Source: Eledone cirrhosa
Lineage: Eukaryota
Assembly (NCBI GenBank): GCA_964016885.1
Contig: CAXHJY010000846.1
Span: forward strand, 1-64,000
DNA: 64,000 nt
Reading direction: 5' to 3'
The stretch's first letter is position 1; each line of letters opens with the position of its first letter. This document shows positions 22,565-33,629 of the stretch, piece after piece. The notes under the pieces were generated by a model. The model worked only from the letters and a program-made list of their open reading frames with translations. It was not told the DNA's origin and did no database searches. A program made the translations under genes and the position numbers.

Positions 22565-25500
22565 TCTATATATATAAAACAGAAGATGTCTGTCTGTCTG
22601 TGTAACCGCATGCATTTATACATTTTACAACTGATTTGCACCAAATTTCCTACATAGGTTTCTGAAGTCCTATTACGTGTCGTAGGCTATTTTACTTTTC
22701 CATACATTGATTGTGGGGCTCCCCAGGGGCAGATAACCTCCTTAAGCCTCTCACTTGGAGTCAGCAGTACTACTGCATAAAGGCCCCATAATTCCTGCAG
22801 TTTGCCTCCCATCTTCACCAAAATTAGTCTTTTGTTTGCTTATGGCCTACAAATAAATTTGAAGGCATGCACTTGTGCAGAAATTCAGGTAGGGGACCCT
22901 TTGGGGGGCAGTAAACCGACTTGGTGAATGTTGAAGTTGATATCATCAATGCAACAAAACGTCATAACTGCTTGAGTTGGTATTTGGTTTTCATGAAGCG
23001 AGACGTATTGGTTACCCAGGGCTTATAAAGGAAGGTGAACACATGAACTTTTACTTGAACTTATCACACTTCTTTTTTGGCTTTTGACTTATCTATTGAA
23101 GTTCACATTAACACTGTATTAGTACCTGATAACTTTTGAAGTTTACATTCGCTTTTAACTTTACCGGACACATTGGTTACCCATTGCCTAAAGATGGTGT
23201 TGAAGACACTGTCTATACCCGGAACAAGCAAGGGGACCCTCAGGGGGCAATAAGCCCGGCGATTCATTTATTGAATTTGGCTATTGTAATGCGTCATAGC
23301 TTCGATAATTGGTAGTCCAATAAAACGAATTTCGACTTAGTTGTTATCCATGTACTACAGATGAAGATACAGTGAGGCACATTTACTTTCATTTCAATTC
23401 AGCAAGAGGACCCCCTTGGGGACAATGAGTTCAATTCATTAACCTATAAAAGTTCAAACTGTCACAATAAAAAAGCACCATAACCTCAGGAGTTTATACT
23501 TGATTCTTACAAAAACTAAACGAAATGGTTATTGCCTGCCATAATATAAAGCACCACACATTCGTTATCACTTGAATTTTGCAAGGGAACCCCCCAGGGA
23601 GGGAAGTGAGCCCCTTTGGACCACTTTTAAAGTTCATGTTATGGTTGCAGCAAAGCATTTCAACTTCTGGAAATAAAAGTGAATTTAAACGAAAGTTGAC
23701 GCATCGGTTACTCATGTCCTACAAATGGAGTAGCGAATTTTTAAATCCCCCTGACTTAACTTTAGTTTGTTTAGTTAACTTTAGGATGATTGAATTTAAT
23801 TTTGCACCCAGTTGTCTCCCCCGTGTAATTGCACCACAATTAAGTGTGAAATAGGGAGTTAAATTTTTGTCCTTGAACTTTGGCGTCATTTCACACACCT
23901 AACCAAGAAAGTGCGATTTAATCCAGGTGTAAATTTTAACGCCTACTGTATGTGGATTGTTCTATTTCACACTTATGCCTAAACTGTGCGAATGATTGAT
24001 TAGTTTTTGCACCCGGTTGTCTACCCCGTTTAATTGCACCTGAATTAAGAGCGAAATGGGTTGTGTTCAGTGAGTTGTGTTCAGTAGATTTCATCATAAT
24101 TATTTGTATTATCTAACCAATCAGACAACTCATTGAGCGAAATCACTCCTATTTATATCGGGCAAGTCCGACCTAGGATCACACTTCTTTTTTGGCTTTT
24201 GACAAGTGGTAGGTTTTTTTTACATGCGTACTCTCATAAGCTACCCCATGTTTCTGAAACGCATACTTCTTCAATATTTGACACCTTAAAGGAGGTTTAG
24301 TTAATGTGTTTATGGTCATAAGGTTCCAGTTTATCATGCTGTGATTTTTCGGCCATTTTTGCCTGTATCCTTTCAATGGTTAGTACTTACTTATTGCTAT
24401 GTTCGAACTGAACAAATATACTGACACTTATATACCTAATACTGTAGCCACACTATTTAATTTACTTTATCACAGGTAGTCCGTGCGCTGAGTTGCCCCT
24501 AACTTAAAACCTGAAATTTGACTGGTACACAAAATCTTTCTCAGACCACATAGATCACATTTTTTTTACAATTTATATCCATGTTTAGATTTGCTTACTT
24601 AGACGTTATTTGTCCACTATTTATCGTTCTCCTTGGTTAATTTTCTAAAAACAATGCCCCCGAGAAAAGAATTTTCATTGGTTGATTATCTAATGATGCA
24701 AGTAGGTCTAAGCGAAGGCGTCTCACCGAAGATGTAAATGCGACTGCGATCAGGCTCTCACAGAATGCTGTGCAGGCGGCAGCTGCAAGAGCGGAGGAGG
24801 ATGACAGTCAGCGTGAACTTCGACGGAACAAAGATGCTGCCGCGACTGCTGCTGCTCGCGCTCAAAAGGTTGAAGGACGACGCCCCGTTCGACGAAGCAG
24901 GGATGCCACTGCAACATCCGCTGCTCGCACTCGAGAGGATGAAGGATGACGCGCCGTTCGATGAAGCAGGGACGCTGCTGTCACTGCTGCTGCACGAAAT
25001 ACTGAAACCAGAGAGCAACGACGTGGCCGACTTCTGCAAAGTGAACAGCGGCGATCATCGTTACGTGGCATTTCTAGGACTTACAATTCACAATGGTTGT
25101 TGAAGGCCTTTCACTACGACCACTCCTTCGACTACGCTGTGCTCGCCTGGAAACCTGCATGTCTACAAGTCCCCTGACTCTATGGCTGATCCGGACAAAG
25201 AATTTCTTCACTCCCTAGACCCTCCTGGATTGCCACCACACTTACTGCGACTTAAGAAAGGTGCCCCTGTCATGCTCCTCAGGAATTTGGAACCCCAAAG
25301 GCTTTCCAACAGCACGTGTCTGGTCGTCCAAAAGGCGATGCCTCATATTATTGAGGCAACAATACTTACAGGATGTGGTAAGGGAGATACTGTCTTCATA
25401 CCAAGGATACCTCACATTCCATCCGGTAAAGACATTCCTTTCACATTCAGAAGGTTGTAATTCCCTCTCCGGCTCAGTTTTACCATGTCGATTAACAAAT

Positions 25501-26443
25501 CACAGGGTCAGACGCTGACGGTCATAGGGCTTAATTTAGAAGAACCGTGCTTCTTCTATGGTCAACTATATGTTGGCTGCTATCGAATGGGGAGCCGATA
25601 TAACCTATTTTCTTTTGCAACTCGCGAGAAAACCCAAAATATAGTCTATAAGGAAGTTTTGTAGGCACCCCATCCGCCAACAAGTAACCGCTGATTTTTT
25701 TTGTATAAGTGCTTACATTTGCTGTATCAGTGCTATTTTTGTCCTTTTGACAATACCAAGTTCGCCTCTGAGGTTGCTTTTGCTATACGTTATAAATGTT
25801 CAATGTCTCCGTTTTCCACATTTATATGTTGCTATTACGCTTTGCTATCGATGTTCCGTGGTTTTAACCTAATTAATCTACTTTTCCCTACATCTTATTT
25901 ACACATTTCTTTGACATTCCAGCGTGATCTTGCCAAGGCCGTTTTTGTGGCCACCGACTGTTACATGCTTTTCTAGGTTACAATCTCAAATAACAAGCAA
26001 AGCAAATACGACGCACCAAAGTTGTGTGAAGGACTTCTTAAGGGCCACCACCTCTAATCAGAGTCGTCTTTGCTGACAGCTCTGCCGCTGGGACTTTTAA
26101 GAGTGAACGATCCAAGGCTCTCTTCAGGGCCACCAAGTTTAAACTGTTACCATCGGATTCATCTTTGCTAGCAGCACCGCCGCTGAGATATTTCAAAGTG
26201 AACGTTAAGAGGTCCTCTTCAGGGCCACCAACTATAAATTGTTATCGTTGGATTTGTCTTTGCTGGCAGCACCGCCACTGAGACTTTTAAGAGTGAACGA
26301 TCCAAGGCTCTCTTTAGAGCCACCAACTTTAAATTGTTATCATCGGATTCGTCTTTTCTGGCAGCACTGCCGCAGAGATACTTCAAAGTGAACGTTCAAA
26401 GGCCCTCTTTAGGGACAACACTTATAAATTGTTAATTCTCTAG
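22565..26443 (+). mobile_element. Internally deleted Helitron (family B), joined head-to-tail to family A
   Basis: 5' TCTATATATATAAAAC plus (TCTG)n; RepHel remnants at 24654-25664; 3' subrepeats of about 95 bp; putative end CTAG at 26440-26443 (uncertain). Confidence 0.75.
24654..25664 (+). pseudogene. Helitron RepHel pseudogene: N-terminal STPR-like repeats fused by deletion to the Pif1-like helicase C-terminus
   Basis: MPPRK(fs)...23-aa repeats...KAFHYDHSFDY, then EFLHSLDPPGLPPHLLRLKKGAPVMLLRNL...FIPRIP...MSINKSQGQTL..GQLYV..NIVYKEVL*. Confidence 0.88.
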
Positions 26444-26525
26444 TAATAAATATAAGGAAATCAGAAACTTTACATTTCCACAAACTTAAATTTGATATCA
26501 AACTGCTTGGAACAGTTCATGGTTT

Positions 26526-26703
26526 TATGATACAAATGTTTTTATTTTAAATTGTTTATACTCATCTAAAAAATATCCCATCATAATTTATGTAAGAGAC
26601 CATGGCTTTTGGTGCATAATTTAACAAAGTCTCTTACATAAATTATCATGGGATATTTTTTAGATGAGTATAAACAATTTAAAATAAAAACATTTGTATC
26701 ATA
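26526..26703. repeat. Inverted repeat with 75-bp arms and a 28-bp spacer
   Basis: 26526-26600 against 26629-26703, one mismatch. Confidence 0.9.
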
Positions 26704-27564
26704 TATATATATATTTATTTATCTATTTACTATTTACCACACCACATTAATAACTACAATTGTGTATGAACATTGATATGAAAGTTAATTATATTACTAA
26801 ATTACTGCAAATTCAAAATGATTTGAAAATTAAATCAAAGATTTTCATTAGTACAAAAGGAGGCTAAATCTTCTTCTTCTTCTTCTTCTTCTTCTTCTTC
26901 TTCTTCTTCTTCTTCTTCTTCTTCTTCTCTCCCTCTTCCCCTCCTCCTTCTTCATATATATGAAGAAGAAAAAGAAGATTTAACTAAATCAAAAGATATA
27001 ATCTTTTCATTGGTTTTAGTTATTGGAATGTGGCCATGCTTGGGTACCACCCTCAATGGTTTAGTTGATCATATTAACTATCAATATTTATTTCAGTCTG
27101 GTACTTATTTTATCAAACTCTTTTAGTCAAACTGTTAAGTTACATGACATAAAGAGACACAAAATATATTATACTAGTATTTATACTCGTAAAGACATAA
27201 ACACTGACACTCACACATATACATATTGATACACATAGACATACACACATACATACATGTGGTCAATTTGGCCAAGTCATTAAAGGGTTGGATAGTTTTT
27301 CAGGCTCTCTAAACTCTGAGTTGAAATCTCACCAAGGTCCATTCTATCTTTCATCCTTTTGGGGTCAATAAAGAAAAGTGCCAACCTAATACTAGTGTAG
27401 CCCTTTGTGTCTTTCCAGCTCTCACATTCTGGATGCTCCACTGGATCAAAGGAGGAAGAACCAAGAGGGCATCAGTATCTATTCACAACTACATCGGCAA
27501 CTAAGCCCCTTAGAGAAAGTATGATGTATACTATCAAAACATACTTGATCTTGATTTACAGCTA

Positions 27565-27900
27565 TGGTATCATCATCATCATTTTACATCCGCTTTTCCC
27601 TGCTTGCAAGGGTGGGATAGGTCCTATTCAGCATCTCTCCATTCGTCATGGTCCTTCGTCATCTCCTCCGTGAGCTTCAGCGATCTGAGGTCAGCTCTCA
27701 CCACCTTTGCCCATGATTTTCGTGGTCTTCTTCTACTGTGTCTTCCTTCTACTGAGATTTCTTGGCACTTCTTTACCCAGTGGTAGCTTATATATATATC
27801 ATCATCACCGTTTAACGTCGATTTTCCATGCTAGCTTGGGTTAGACAAGTTGTCCCGTTGTGAAACAAGTCAGATCAGATGAGTATATCTTGCTCATACA
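27565..27900 (-). mobile_element. Two RTE 3'-end fragments
   Basis: Reverse complements of 14900-15120 (short-UTR type) and of the long-UTR tail. Confidence 0.75.
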
Positions 27901-27929
27901 GAACTGTTTCTGGCTTGGTTTACTGACTG

Positions 27930-28897
27930 CCAAGTCCGAAATTAGTTTTCAAAGTTCGTGCTGGGGATACATCATTCAGAGATTAACCCAGACCAGGACA
28001 CTTATCAGACCTCAATCAAGAATCTTTAAGAGAATTGGTGGAATGCAATCCGCATTCGAGAATTAGCACTTGACCTTAACATATCCCAATCCACAATCTA
28101 CTACCACTTGGAAAAGATAGGAAAAGTGAGCAAGCTGGGCGTTTGGGTTCCTCATACTCTTAGTTAGAAAAACAAGGAAGATCGCATATCCATATTGACA
28201 AGTCTTCTTTCAAGGCAGAGAAATTACCCATTTCTCAAGAATATCATTGCAGGTGATGAAAAATGGGTCTTTCATGACAATGTTCAATGCAAAAGGCAGC
28301 GGATTGACAAGGATAAATCTCCACAGCCTACCCCAAAGATGGAGCTTCATGGAAGAACAGTTATGCTGTGTGTATGGTGGGATCACTGTGGTATTATTCA
28401 TTTTGAGTTGTTAAACTATAATTAGACACTCAATGCAGACTTATACTCTCAACAATTGCAACATGTATATGGAAATATTCAAAGAAAACGCTCTTAACTC
28501 TTCAACAAGAGAAACGTTGTGCTTCTCCATGATAATGCAAAGCCACATTCAGCAAGAATCACGCTGGAAAAAATATTGGATTTAGGCTAGTCTGTTCTAC
28601 CCCATCCACCATATTTACTAGATGTTGCATCAAGTGATTTCCATCTTTTTTATTCTCTACAAAATGCTCTGAATGGCAAAAAGTTTTCTCAAGAAGATCA
28701 GGTGAAAACATTTCAGGAAAACTTCTTGAGCTTCAAACCAGCTGAATTTTACTTAAGAGAAATCAACAAGCTACCCGGGAAATGGCAAGGGGTGATTCAA
28801 AATGATGGCTATTGATTGAAATTAATTCATTGTTAAATTAATAATTCACGAATAAATTATTTTACTAAATCAGAAATTAATTATGACACAACCCAAT
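27930..28897 (+). mobile_element. Degenerate mariner (DD34D) lacking its 5' end
   Basis: WVPHTL, IIAGDEKWV, VMLCVWWD, LLHDNAKPH-(34 aa)-D in HPPYLLDVASSDFHLF; the right end atgacacaacccaata is a mariner-type TIR. Confidence 0.88.
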
Positions 28898-28909
28898 ATG
28901 TATGTATGT

Positions 28910-29210
28910 ATTCTTACAAGGCTTCTTTTTACTCTTGTGAGACTTGGGTGGTTTACAGGAAACATTTAAAATTATAGGAGCACTTCCACCTAAGCTGCCT
29001 TAGATCAATCTTGGGCATCCACTGGTTCTCATATGTTCCAGTCACAGAGGTTGGAACAAGCTGATACACTCTGTATAGAAGATGTTATATACAGGCATCG
29101 CCTTCACTGGGCAGGACATCTGATACGGTTGGATGATAGCTGTATTCTCAAGCAGAACCTTTACAGAGATCTGGCTGAAGGAATAAAGCCTCAACAAAGC
29201 CAAAGAAGTG
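28910..29210 (+). mobile_element. BovB-like RTE C-terminal fragment
   Basis: LLYSCETWVVYRKHLK..FHLSCLRSILGIHW..RLHWAGHLIRLDD. Confidence 0.7.
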
Positions 29211-29993
29211 TATGTATGCACGATAGAATTAATTAATAATTATTAATAATGGTATATCATACAATGGCCATACTCGATAACGAGGGGGCAGCCATCATGT
29301 ATGTATATATGTATGTGTGTATGTATGTATGTGTGTATGTATGTGTGTATGTATGCTCTTCTAGTTTTATAATTTCACAAATTTTTACCAATAGAGAGAG
29401 AGTCGGTTTCTAACATAGATACAAGACTCTCTCATTGGAATTTACACAACATCAACTAGGTATGTGTGCATGTCTGCATGCATGTGTGTGCTGGTATGGA
29501 TGTTTTTGTATGTGTGGAGGTGTATGTTTTGAGTTATATGTGTGCTTTGTATCTGTACATGTGTACATGTGTACATGTGTACATGGAGTTATTATGTATG
29601 CATGTATGATTGTATGTATGTAAGTGTGTATGTATGTATATGTCATGAGAAGGCCATGTGTTGGACTTCTGTTGTCAGAGGCTATATGAGACTTAATCCT
29701 TTTGAGATATTTTAGTAAAGAGTAGATTTTCAGTCCTACTCTCACCCAGGCAATGTCAACCTTAGGAGTTCATATGTATGTATAGATAGGATGAGGGGTT
29801 AAATATTATCTATATCCTTTTACAATTGCATGTTATCAGTCTTCAAAGGATCTTATTTATATAATTGAAATGCCTTAATCGAAGAGTTGGTAGCTTCTCA
29901 TCGGTATTAAATGCTTCTGACTTCCAGGATATAAATAAATAGCTCTTTAACTCTCAATCCTCTATATATATAATTTTATTTGCCGAAAAGGAA

Positions 29994-32845
29994 TGTAGGA
30001 GTCATTTTATAATAAATCTTCATGCATCCGTATCATCTCCTGGTCTGTGTGGCCTCTCGAGTGCTGTCTGAGGTTTTTTTTACCAGAGAGCAAGAGTGAG
30101 ATTGACCATGTATTCATACGCAACTTCCCATTGGTCAGTTTGACCTTATTGCCTATGAAAATGTTGCTATTGTGAGGTGCGACGTAGTTCCACTATATCA
30201 CCCTCTGCTTAGACTGGAAAGCAGTCGATAAAAATGAGGAGAAATTGTCTGCAAAGGTAACATAAGTCATGCAAAGCAAATACAAAAATGAAGAAAAAAG
30301 AGAAAAAAAGAATAGTTCATATGTAAATTGTTTTACAAAGTTTCTTGGGCCAATGGACCTGACGACCACTGCGAGTTGTTGTGATGTATGTTGAAGGTAA
30401 AAGAGTGTTTGTATGTGATTGTGGTGTTTGTGGTGGTGCTTGTATTGACACATTGTAGGAGAGGGGAGTATGAGGCTCTGGTTTGAGAGCATCTGTGTAG
30501 GCCCGCTTTAGTCTGTCAATAGAGACTGTGCCTTTATGTCCATTAAAGTCAATGGTGAAATGTTTATCTGTACGTGCAAGTACACGATAGGGTCCAGAAT
30601 AAGGTGGAGTGAGAGGACTTCTCACTGCATCATTTCTGACAAAAACATGGGTCCACGAGGCAATGTCCCTCGGAACTGAAGATTTAATGGTTTGTTGCCT
30701 AGTGTTCATAGGAGGCAAGACTTGAAACGCATGCAAATGGGTTACATATAGTGTAGGGACCTGAGTAGCAAGGTCAACTGGGGCAAGCATCTGCCCTGGC
30801 AGAGATAATGCAGTGCCGTACAAAAGCTCGGCTGGAGAGAATCCAAGGTCCTCTTTCATTGAAGAGCGGATACCGAGTAATATTATGGTGAGGTAGTCGC
30901 TCCAATGTAGAGTATCTGGATAGGTACACAATGCGGCCTTTAACTGGCAATGAAAATGCTCTACCATTTCGTTAGATGTAGGGTGGTAACTAGTAGTCCT
31001 GATGCGTTGAGCGCTGATGATATTCGATAGATCCCTGAAAAGTTGGGATTAAAACTGCCTACCATGATCTGTAGTAATAGTGGTAGGAACCCCATAGCGC
31101 GATATCCATCCTGAAACCAGGGCTCGCGCTACAGATTCAGCAGTAATGTCACTAAGAGGAATGGCTTCAAGCCATCGGGTGAAACGGTCAATACAGGTCA
31201 GGATGTATGAACATCCACAACTGGCGGGCCAAAGTCCCACGATATCAATGTGTATGTGGCAAAAACGTGCGTCAGGTGTGCTAAATGTGCCGATAGGTGC
31301 GCGAATATATTTATGCACCTTTGACTTTTGACAAAATAAACAGGAACATGACCAGGCAGTGATATCACGTCTCATATTCGGCCAGAAGAATCTAGCTGAA
31401 ATGAGTTTCACTGTGGCGGAAATTCCGGGGTGTGCCAAACCATGTAGAGAATCGAAAACCATTTGACAATGAGTCTCTGGTACCTGAGGGCGAGGTGAAT
31501 CTGTCGCAGTATCACACAGAATCTGAGAGTCCGAAGTGGGTACAGGCAGGTATTTAAATTTGCAGGTTGCAAATTCAGGTGAAGACTGATCCAACGACTC
31601 TAGGGTGGGCTGTTCTGCAGCCACAAGATGCAAGTCAACAGTCGCAGGTACTGACAAGGCATTGATGGGTAGGCGAGATAAGGCATCCGCTGCTGTGTTT
31701 TGTTCACCCGGTATATGACGAATGTCATTCGTAAGCTGGGATATGAAGTCCAAGTGACGAGTTTCTTGAGGTGAGTATTTGTCCGGATTGGAACTGAGTG
31801 CGAACGTAAGTGGACGATGGTCAGTATAGATCGTAAACTGTCGGCCTTCCAGTGAATGCCGAAAGTGTTTCACAGCAAAGAAAATGGCTAACAGCTCGCA
31901 GCCGAAGGTGCTATAGCGGGATTCGGCAAGGCTTCAGCTGCTTAGAAAAGAAAGCAAGAGGTTGAAGCTGTTGTTGGTGGTGCTGTTGCAATACTACACC
32001 TACCGCTGTGCCTGATGCATCAACAACCAGCGAAAACTGGGGACCAGACACAGGGTGAGCAAGTAGAGATGCGTTTGCTAAATTCTGTTTAGCTTTGGAG
32101 AATGCTTCAAGTTGCATGGGTCCCAAAGCGATTGGCTCGTTATTCTTCTTTCTGTTACACAGGAGATCAGACAGTGGAGCTAAGAGTTCTGTGCAATGCG
32201 GGATAAACCGACGATAATAATTTAGGAGGCCCAGGAACTGCCGCAGCTGTCACAAAGAAGTAGGCGGAGGGAGTTCCTGAAGAGCCTTCACTTTCTCAGG
32301 AAGTGGGAATGTTCCTTCAGAGTTTATCACGTGGCCTAAAAAGACAAGTGAAGCAGCGGCAAAAATACATTTCGCAGGGTTAATGCGAACTTGATACTGC
32401 CTAAATCATTCAAACAGTTGGCGGAGGTGCGAGATAGGATCCTTCCGGTGAAGCACTCGCGATGAGAATATCGTCGATGTAGCAATATACAAAATCCAGG
32501 TCGCGGACGACTCCGTCCATAAATCGCTGGAAGGTACTAGCAGCATTGCGTCGTCCAAAAGACATTGTTAAAAACTCGAATGCACTGAAAGGTGTAGTAA
32601 CAGCAGTTTTAGGAATGTCCGCAGGATTCACAGGAATTTGATGGTATTCTCTGATCAGGTTTAATTTTGAAAAGATAGTACATCCATGAAGCGAAGAAGT
32701 GAAATCCTGGATGTGAGGAATTGGGTAACAGTCTGGCACGGTGATCAAATTTAATCGCCGAAAATCTCCAGTGGGACGCCAGTCTCCCGAACGTTTCGGC
32801 ACCATGTGCAAAAGCGATTGCGAGGTGAGACGTAGTTCCACTACA
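29994..32845 (-). mobile_element. Gypsy/Ty3 LTR retrotransposon, internally deleted (gag and protease lost), decayed pol
   Basis: RT ([27 protein letters not shown]), RNase H (VDASGTAVG, YTDHRPL), integrase ([34 protein letters not shown]). A purine tract precedes the 3' LTR start at 30197; the 5' LTR stub starts at 32845. The distal LTR end (29994) is tentative. Confidence 0.92.
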
Positions 32846-33224
32846 TATGTATATATGTATGTATATATATGTCATTACCCTCATCAACATTGAGCTGGCA
32901 TGGGTGGGATGGATTATTATAGAACATGTCTTAATCAGAATTACTGTCCTCTTAGACAAGCTGAGGGACCACATCTTGTTTACATATATTCTAGATGATG
33001 ATGATGGTGATGCTGGTGGTGGTGATGATGGTGATTGTGATAGTGACAATGATGGTGATGGTGATGATCGTGATAGAAGTGGTGGCGGTGGTGATGTTGG
33101 TGTGATGATGATTGTGGATGATTATGATGGTGACAAGTTTTTCATGAATTAGATGGAAAAAAAGATGGAAATGATGATGATGATAATGAGGTGGAGTGAT
33201 GATGGTGCTAGTCAAATTATTGTT

Positions 33225-33266
<42 letters not shown>

Positions 33267-33629
33267 AATAAGAAAAATTAATGACTGGACTTGCAACATT
33301 TTCTGTGTTTGTATTATTTTGTATTTACGTAAATAATTATTTAATTGGTGTCAGTCATTAATTGCAACTGGTACTTATTTTATTGAACTCTTTTTTGTTA
33401 CAGGAAATAAACATGACACACACAAACATATCATCATCATCATAATTTTTTAACGTCTATTTTCAAAGCTGGCATAGATTAGACAGACTGTCATGTTATG
33501 ATGTAAAACATGTTAGGTGACTATGTTTTGCTCATATGATTTTTTTGGTTTCTTTTTAAGACTGGATGCCCTTCCTAATGCCAACTATATTAAAATGTTT
33601 GTTGGGTGTTTTTTTTTCATGGCACCTTC

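Noticed and set aside
24680-24965. In-frame TGA codons as selenocysteine or readthrough
   Set aside because: The TGAs within the repeats align with Arg/Gln positions in sister repeats; decay of CGA codons in a dead Helitron is the simpler explanation.
25182-25664. Host PIF1 helicase gene
   Set aside because: It is an intronless fragment with stops, lying between Helitron termini and fused to a Helitron N-terminus.
29780-29994. Longer Gypsy LTR with a TATG target duplication, and a hammerhead-like ccgatga..cttcga on the minus strand
   Set aside because: The TSD would lie in low-complexity sequence and the motif lacks GAAA; neither can be supported.
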